Positions 54,668 through 64,000 of a stretch of DNA of 64,000 nucleotides are shown here, one piece after another (the first letter of the stretch is position 1; every line of letters starts with the position of its first letter). The stretch spans positions 40,796,001 to 40,860,000 of the forward strand of contig OZ024753.1 in assembly GCA_964016885.1 (NCBI GenBank). The letters are read 5' to 3'. The notes beneath the pieces were generated by a model. The model made no database searches. It was not told where the DNA came from and worked only from the letters and a program-made list of their open reading frames with translations. The stretch comes from Eledone cirrhosa (Eukaryota). Both the position numbers and the translations under genes were made by a program.

Positions 54668-55170
54668 ATTTAGGAACAGTTTAGGTATGATACATTTTAT
54701 TACTAATTATATCTAAATGTTTCTTCTCTCTTCATAATGTATTTTTAACTCTGATACTGGTTCAGTCTGGTTCAAACTGAATTGGTCTGTCCCAGTCATT
54801 CATTGAGCAACATCGGTGAAGTTGGCACCCTTAACTCACAGTTGGGTGCGGATGCATTCATGTATATATGTGTGTGTCCGCATGTATCTGTGTGTTTTTA
54901 AATATATTAATAACTCCCTCTGGTCGAGCAATCTTTGAAGTGTGGGGACAACGGGAAAGCTTCCATTACTCATACTTCTCGCCTTCTTCACTACCTCTTC
55001 TACGGCCTCGATATGAATACCCCCTCCGCCTCCGTGGTATTTTCTTCGTGGTTATAAGAGGCTTAGCTCTGTTTCTCGACCGTTATATCGCGTGACTATC
55101 TCCCCCTCCGCCTTTTGGGATTCTTTCTCACGTCGTGTAGACGCGTTCTTGAGACTAGTAAAATGAGGTA

Positions 55171-55258
55171 TCCTCTTGATAAGTTGGCAGACCTCGCAAG
55201 GACTCTATATCTTTGATATATTGTTTTTGTTTATGCCACGAAACTACGTAGTCGAGGA
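55171..55258 (+). ncRNA. Type I hammerhead, U3-A8 core variant (copy 2)
   Basis: Identical to 54580-54667; predicted cleavage after 55253. Confidence 0.78.
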
Positions 55259-55489
55259 ATTTAGGAACAGTTTAGGTATGATACATTTTATTACTAATTA
55301 TATCTAAATGTTTCTTCTCTCTTCATAATGTATTTTTAACTCTGATACTGGTTCAGTCTGGTTCAAACTGAATTGGTCTGTCCCAGTCATTCATTGAGCA
55401 ACATCGGTGAAGTTGGCACCCTTAACTCACAGTTGGGTGCGGATGCATTCATGTATATATGTGTGTGTCCGCATGTATCTGTGTGTTTT

Positions 55490-55547
<58 letters not shown>

Positions 55548-55731
55548 TTAAAATAACAGATTAAAATTTAAGCAAAGAATCGCTGCTTTCTAAAGAGCTT
55601 CAGAAGATCCCGTCAAGGGTGAAAGCACCGATTCTTTGCTTAAACAGCCTTTCTATGTTCAATATTATATACCCTGCTTTGTATTGAGTACCTTACTTAT
55701 TATAGTTACCCCCGATTGAACTCGGGATAAA

Positions 55732-55785
<54 letters not shown>

Positions 55786-55793
<8 letters not shown>

Positions 55794-56070
55794 AAGAATC
55801 AAAGAACTGTTCAAAACATTATTGTGCTTACAGCTGTTTCCTCCAAACCGAGGTTTGGATTCTTCGGAGCAATTTATTAATGCATGGACAGTTATATGAC
55901 CTCCTTTTCAGCCGAGAAACATACCGATACATATTCAAACATTGATACATATTCAAACATTGTGGGTCAACATTCATTACAGAATTTAGAGTGGCAGTAC
56001 ACACTTCGAGATTACATTTATATTAAGAGGTACAATCAAAAATCAAAAATACAGGTTAAAATACAACATG
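55786..56070 (-). mobile_element. Family P7 element with hammerhead at 55825-55871
   Basis: Reverse complement of 42476-42760. Confidence 0.8.
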
Positions 56071-56100
56071 TATTTACATAACCATAAATAGTATAACTAA

Positions 56101-56271
<171 letters not shown>

Positions 56272-56382
56272 TATGTACACGTACATACATATATGTATAC
56301 AGATTTAAGTAACAGCCGTACTAAGAGTGGGAAATGAAATTTTGTTTCATTTTTTTCCGTTTATATATATATATATATATAA

Positions 56383-56555
56383 ATCGGTAGAGGATCGGAC
56401 GCCATGCTTTGACGCATAGAGTTACGGCCCTTGCCATTCTGAGTTCAAATCCCGCCAAGGTTAACTTTGCCTTTCATCCTTACGGGGTCGATAAAATAAA
56501 GTACCAGTAATGTACTGCGTAATTGCTGGCCTTGTGTCAATAGTAGAAACAATTA
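56383..56555 (+). mobile_element. Meta-domain-type SINE
   Basis: Match to the family. Confidence 0.88.
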
Positions 56556-56719
56556 TCAATGTTAATAGTGTTAATAAAATTAATATTATTATTATCACAC
56601 GACGAGAACTTTAACATTATCATCATCTATGTTATATCTAGTTTGTGTTTATATAGCTATATACGTTAAATATATTCTCTATCATGATCTCAATATGAAC
56701 TTCACTATAGCTAGTACAG

Positions 56720-56905
56720 GGCGGTGGATTGGCAGTATCGGTAGAGGGTCGGACGCCATGCTTTCCAGCATAGTTACGTCTCTTTACGATCTGAGTTCAA
56801 ATCCCGCCGAGGTTGACTTTGCCTTTTATCCTTACGGGGTCGATAAAATAAAGTACCAGTAATGTACTGGATAATTGCTGGCCCTGTGCCAAAAGTAGAA
56901 ACAAT
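56720..56905 (+). mobile_element. Full-length Meta-domain-type SINE with 14-bp TSD
   Basis: TATAGCTAGTACAG at 56706-56719 and 56906-56919. Confidence 0.92.
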
Positions 56906-57254
56906 TATAGCTAGTACAGCTTGAACATTTATAGAATTGTTTCTATATGTGTAGTTTATTGTTTACCACTGTCATTGTTACTAGTTTTTTGTCAATGTTC
57001 CAACGTTTCTTAAAAGAATATAGTTTATTTTTAACTCTGACAGCTATCATTTATTAAAACGGCTATATTTGTTAAATCAACTTAATTATTCAGAAGAGAT
57101 CTTTTTGTAAAAAATATATGAACAGGTAAACAGAAATTGAGAAGAAGCAAACACGCAAATGTATGCTTACATATATACGTGTGTGTATATATGTATATAT
57201 ATAATATATATATATATATATATTATATCTATACACACACACACATATATATAT

Positions 57255-57302
<48 letters not shown>

Positions 57303-57405
57303 TGACAGGGGCTCTGCTTCATAAATACATATTTATAAACAGAAAGAGAGAGAGAAAAAGAATGAGAGAAAAACTACAAGTGAGATTGACAGACATTCAT
57401 AGAGA

Positions 57406-57486
<81 letters not shown>

Positions 57487-57490
57487 GCAG

Positions 57491-57536
<46 letters not shown>

Positions 57537-57870
57537 GCAGGAGGAGAGAGAGAGAGAGAGAGATGAATATATCGATAGATATATAGATATTTAGATAGAT
57601 AAATAGATAGAAGATAGATGGATAGAAAGATAGATAGATAGAATCTCTGTTAGTAATTCCAGTCATCAGATTGTCACCAGGTGGCACCACAAATTTAGTC
57701 GATTATATCGGCTCCCAGTAATTAGTTCTGTCTCTTACATTATCTTCAAGAATAAAATTAACAAAACATCTGCAATATCAACTGTAAAACCTAAATTGGA
57801 AGAAACATTCCGAAGAAATGTTTTATTTAAAAAGAAAGTTTATTCATAATTAAAGGGATATTTAAAACGA

Positions 57871-57918
<48 letters not shown>

Positions 57919-58551
57919 TGCTATATATATATGGAAAGACCAGCCCACATCTTGCGCAAGATATTATAGATTTAGTAGCACAATTCAAATAGAACATTCT
58001 CCGGACACTCAACATATATTCTGTAAAATAACCCTCCAAAAAAGCAACACAACTCATGCATCTTTTACACCCACTGAAATAACACAACGTACATTACACA
58101 AGATTGATATAGTACACTAACAGAAGGCAGTGCTGTACTCCATATACAGCACTACATCCAAAACATTATAACACGCAATACTTTACACACTTCATGAAGT
58201 GCACCTGGGTATACAGTAAAATCTCACATGTACCTATCAATTAAAGGAAAATATAACAAGAAGAAGAAAAAGAAGAAATAGAAGAAGGATTTCAATATAT
58301 TCTTAATGCAATTTTATTTGAATGAATTATATTCATGACATGGCCATCTATACAGAGAGCTAACTAATAAAATATATATTTGTCATCCATCAATGACAAA
58401 ACAATATTTCCGTTCTGTTGACATATGATGTAACGTTAGCCTGATGTACGCCATGTTTGAATACAGGTGCAGATTTTCTTCAGATATCTAATTTGAAGTT
58501 AAATCTGTCATAATATTTAACTTTACTTTTACATCTAAAATATATATTTAG

Positions 58552-58598
<47 letters not shown>

Positions 58599-58599
58599 G

Positions 58600-58643
<44 letters not shown>

Positions 58644-58676
58644 CTAAATATATATTTTAGATGTAAAATATACATA

Positions 58677-58737
<61 letters not shown>

Positions 58738-58782
58738 CTAAATATATATTTTAGATGTAAAATATACATATATATGTATATA

Positions 58783-58850
<68 letters not shown>

Positions 58851-58943
58851 TATATATATAACTAAATATATATATATAACTAAATATATATATATAACTA
58901 AATATATATATAACTAAATATATATTTTAGATGTAAAATATAC

Positions 58944-59069
<126 letters not shown>

Positions 59070-59120
59070 ATATAACTAAATATATATTTTAGATGTAAAA
59101 TATACATATATATGTATATA

Positions 59121-59256
<136 letters not shown>

Positions 59257-59803
59257 TATATATATAACTAAATATATATATATAACTAAATATATATATA
59301 TAACTAAATATATATATAACTAAATATATATTTTAGATGTAAAATATACATATATATGTGTATATATGTGTATATATATGTATATATATATATATAGTGA
59401 GAGAGAGAGCGTGTATAGGCCACTTTATTTTATATATAAATGTTTTCTACCAGACGACGACTGTTTCAGTATATATATATATGTGTGTGTGTGAGTGTGT
59501 GTATCTGTGTGTGTGAGTGTCTGTGTGTGCGCATATGCGTCCTTGTGTTTGTGTGTGCGTGCGTTTGTGCGTTTATAATGGAATTACATCCTCCAATGCC
59601 ACTTATTTGAAAGGTAGATTATGATCTGGAGGAGAATTGGGGGGCTATTGCTAGCAAGTAGAATGACCACTACGTGGCATTGTTGATATTGCTCTTGTTC
59701 TTCCTATTGGTGCTGAATAAGGTAAATACAAGATTTTCAATGTTATAAGCGACAACGCGCAAGGAAACAATAAATATTACTGATGTTCTCAACACACACA
59801 CAG

Positions 59804-59942
<139 letters not shown>

Positions 59943-59943
59943 C

Positions 59944-60061
<118 letters not shown>

Positions 60062-60111
60062 ATAATAATATATTTGAAGACTAAAAACCAAAGAGGGCTC
60101 GATAAGGATAA

Positions 60112-60144
<33 letters not shown>

Positions 60145-60212
60145 CATGTACGTACGCACATGCACAAGCGCGCACACTCAAACTACCTCCGCTATATATA
60201 CATATATACTTA

Positions 60213-60297
<85 letters not shown>

Positions 60298-61362
60298 CCT
60301 TAATAACAGAGGAGGAAATTCTGTGAGAGAAGCTCAATGGAACAACAGAATTAATTTTTGTTGGTGTCGGAGTGGAGAGTATCGATATTTGACAAGATAG
60401 ATTAAACATCTGGAGAACTTCATCGTATGAGGCCAATTTACAATGCAAAGTGCTTATTTCTACATTTCATGTCAACTGTTTCCTTGCAGAACGATGAAAA
60501 TGAATATTTTACAGGAAATTGTAAGCAATCAGAAATTTTGATTTAATCCAGGAAAATAGAAAGGATGACTAAAATGAATTGCAGCACAGACACCAACAAT
60601 GAACTAAAATTGGACAGAAAAATTATTCTGGGTGGTGTGTGTTTCATTATAATCTATGATTTGCTATTCAATTTAACGCTTTAAATGCTGTGTTACTGAG
60701 ATTAATGTACTTAAAATATTAATAAATAAAATGGCTGACGGACAACAGAGTTAATCTAATTCTTTCTTAGTTGTATTGCTGCTCATTGATGTTTAATGTA
60801 AGTGAAGTCAGAAAAAGCTTGGTTACTTATCTATTTACTCTGTGTCGTAGTTGGTGATGTTATAAGTCGTAGGTAGGCGAGTTCGTATTCAATATGTCGT
60901 GCGATGTTTTTTCCAGATTTTTTTGGTTTTCAGTTTAAATTCAAACGAATTCAACTTTAATGTCTTTAATGTGTTTAGGATTGATAGATTTTTTAACAAC
61001 CTAAGGTGGAGAACTGCTGAAATCGTTGGACTACTGGATAAGATGCCATACATGATATATATTTCTGAAAGTTTTTCTTCCGAATAGGGATTATCTATCG
61101 TGGCTCTTTGCATTCTAACGGGAACGCCTGCGATGCCACTGAAGGCAAGCTGTATCGATCCTTGTCTTTCGGTGTGGATCTGCATGTTTTGAGTTATATG
61201 TGTACACCTGTATGTTTCTATATATGTGTATATGCAGTTATTACATGCAGAATTTCTGAAATGTATGTATATAAATATATATGGACCTGTTATTTTTATC
61301 TAAAGACATTTTTTCCAATTCCAACCCACCCATCTCCTCAATCTATCTTATTTCTCATTCTT

Positions 61363-61398
61363 TCTTCTGGTGAAAGACTAGTGTCCGAAACGTTAAGA
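61363..61398 (+). ncRNA. Small hammerhead-like motif, mutated core (family P4)
   Basis: TCTT-CTGGTGA-AAGACTAGTGTCC-GAAA-CG-TT-AAGA; downstream 61428-61484 matches the reverse complement of 331-386. Confidence 0.55.
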
Positions 61399-61482
61399 CC
61401 CTATTCCTGCTATATCAAGCGTTAACCTAATATATCCATTCCATATACTGTACCGATTGTGTTGTTATTTCTGTTTACCTTT

Positions 61483-61524
<42 letters not shown>

Positions 61525-61919
61525 GGTGTATGTGTGTGTGGGGGGGGAGGGGATACGTGTGTGTGTGTGTGTATGTCTGTATGAATGTGTGAGTGTGTCT
61601 AACGATCATCCATAGTTTCTGTCTCTCAAATGTCATTCACAAAGATTTTGTCAACCGCAGGCTGGTGAGCCCGGAATTACCCAGTTGCTATATCCCAATT
61701 AGGGGACGTCACATCATTAACAACAACAAAAGCAACAACAACAACAGCAACAACAACAAAATACTCTTATCACTTTGTTAGTTTCTTTATCTTTGGTTTT
61801 GACTTAACAGAATAGCTAATGTTTATAATAGTCAGAATTATATTCAGGTTTACCTTATCTACAGTAAATATAACCGACGTTTTTGCTTTATAACATTAAA
61901 AAAATATTGGATCATATCA

Positions 61920-61950
<31 letters not shown>

Positions 61951-62082
61951 TGTATGTATGTATGTATGTATGTATATATGTATATATATATGTATGTATG
62001 TATGTATGTATATAACTCTGTCTTTAAATGTGTGTGCATAACTATATATTTATTATATATATACAAACAATCACACAGACAC

Positions 62083-62210
<128 letters not shown>

Positions 62211-62509
62211 GTGTGTGTGTGTTTAATTTTTCTTCTGAAATATATTTTTCTTTATATTGTTGGCTTTTATTTTTATTTAATAACTATTATTTTCTCTTTT
62301 TCTATCTGTGTTTGTTTTATTTTTGTTTTATATGGTTTTGTTTGTTTGTTTGTTTGTTTTCCCCTTTCTTAATTTGCAGGTGACTTTAATTATGAGAAAG
62401 AAAATTCAAGAAAAGGTTTTAAAAATCACACTCACACAAACCACAAGATATAGAAAGAGTTTTCACTTGTGCTATTTCTTTAATAATATATTATGATAAT
62501 TAGAATAAT

Positions 62510-62700
62510 TAGTATGCCGAATTGGTAGAAATCGTAGAGGAGCGACCAAGATCGCCCTGCGGTGATTCGGTACGTCTCTTTGTCTTCGGAATTCCGAATC
62601 CCAACGCAATCGACTTTCAGCCAATATCCTTAACATTAACACCATAAATAAAAATTTTGACGAAATAATCGACTGCACTTTCTCCCAAAATGTGCTGTCT
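62510..62700 (+). mobile_element. Highly diverged SINE
   Basis: Head ATTGGTAGAAATCGTAGAG, remnant core and ATAATCGAC segment. Confidence 0.55.
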
Positions 62701-62705
62701 GTTAC

Positions 62706-62737
<32 letters not shown>

Positions 62738-62878
62738 ACAAATAGGGTGTAATAAGATCCCTGGTGGTAATGGAGTAGTTACATTTTGTGTTGTTCACTT
62801 TGTAATTAAATACCTCTGTTCTATACATAGAGCACTCTTTTTTCCTTTGCTTTTCCTTCGGAATTACTTAACACACAC

Positions 62879-62960
<82 letters not shown>

Positions 62961-63159
62961 AGGAAGTTATAGTTCACTTGAATTATTATGTAATGAGGTA
63001 TAAACGTTTGTAGTTGTAAGGCCAAAACAATGCAGGTTTGGATATAGAATATAAATGCAAATGCAAAAGATATTGTTCACAATTAGTCTTTTGCCATAAA
63101 TTTATTTAAATAAGGTAAAAGAATAATTGTCAACAATATCTATATATATATAACAATAT

Positions 63160-63198
<39 letters not shown>

Positions 63199-63238
63199 GA
63201 CAGCTGAAAATTGCACACTTGACTGTCACCACTGAATA

Positions 63239-63277
63239 TGAACCTGAAGATTGTGAAAGCATGAAAGTACTCGTTCA
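63239..63277 (+). ncRNA. Minimal type I hammerhead ribozyme, 39 nt (family P9)
   Basis: TGAAC-CTGAAGA-TTGT GAAA GCAT-GAAA-GTAC-TC-GTTCA. Confidence 0.82.
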
Positions 63278-63344
63278 ATTAACATTTAACATTTAATATT
63301 CTACCATACTATTCTACCATATAATATCATTATAATTTTAAAAA

Positions 63345-63530
63345 GGCGGTGGATTGGCAGTATCGGTAGAGGGTCGCACGCCATGCTTTGATGCATAGAG
63401 TTACGGCCCTTGCCATTCTGAGTTCAAATCCCGCCGAGGTTAACTTTGCCTTTCATCCTTACGGGGTCGATAAAATAAAGTACCAGTAATGCACTGTGTA
63501 ATTGCTGGCCTTGTGCTAAAAGTAGAAACA
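63345..63530 (+). mobile_element. Full-length Meta-domain-type SINE with 13-bp TSD
   Basis: ATTATAATTTTAA at 63329-63341 and 63531-63543. Confidence 0.92.
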
Positions 63531-63592
63531 ATTATAATTTTAATGGATTGTAAAAAATACGAGTAAATCAGACAAAGTTGGAATTCCTTTTA

Positions 63593-63666
<74 letters not shown>

Positions 63667-64000
63667 TGTGAGAGAGAGAGTGAGTGTGTGTAAGAGTGTA
63701 TATGTGTGTGCGTGTGAGTCTCTGTCTGCATGTGTCACTAAATAAAACCAATATAGGTTGCGTGTCTAATTTGACTTATAGGCTTGTATAAAATATAAGT
63801 AGAATATGTCTTTGTTATAGTCGTAGGTGGTGGCGTTGAGGATAGAGTATTGTGTTGTGGTAATAGTGTGTGTGTATAGCGCTTGTGATAGTGTGTGTGT
63901 GGTGCTTGTGGTAATGGTGTGTGCGTTTAGTGCTTGTGAAAGTGCCGTGGCACTAGTGTATGTGTGTGGTGTTCGTGATAGTGTTTAGAAGCTGGTAGAG

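Larger units (their letters stand above)
54487..55498 (+). mobile_element. Non-coding direct-repeat element with two hammerheads (retrozyme/Penelope pseudo-LTR-like)
   Basis: 54487-54907 repeated at 55078-55498 (period 591); flanked by TA repeats. Confidence 0.82.

Overview
This is an AT-rich, microsatellite-saturated stretch of animal nuclear DNA. The dominant tRNA-derived SINE resembles those of octopod cephalopods (inference). I cannot support any intact protein-coding gene; almost all listed ORFs are translations of (TA)n, (CA)n, (GA)n, (TAG)n or minisatellites. Recognisable content: about 25 copies of a Meta-domain-type SINE (several with target-site duplications), a second SINE family, 3' fragments of RTE, Tx1/L1 and R4/Dong LINEs, Tc1/mariner and hAT MITEs, minisatellites and a tRNA-Arg 3' half. 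The hidden signal is RNA structure. The short unique islands inside (TA)n arrays repeatedly carry minimal type I hammerhead ribozyme motifs (stem I-CUGANGA-stem II-GAAA-short, often palindromic stem III-UH-stem I). They belong to roughly ten different sequence families and often occur as divergent inverted pairs, as expected for Penelope-like elements or retrozymes. The best candidate for an undescribed system is 54487-55498: a non-coding direct repeat with two identical hammerheads exactly 591 nt apart, both carrying the compensatory U3-A8 core variant. That is the layout needed to release a 591-nt, potentially circular, RNA. All folds and alignments were read by eye; boundaries of decayed repeats are approximate.
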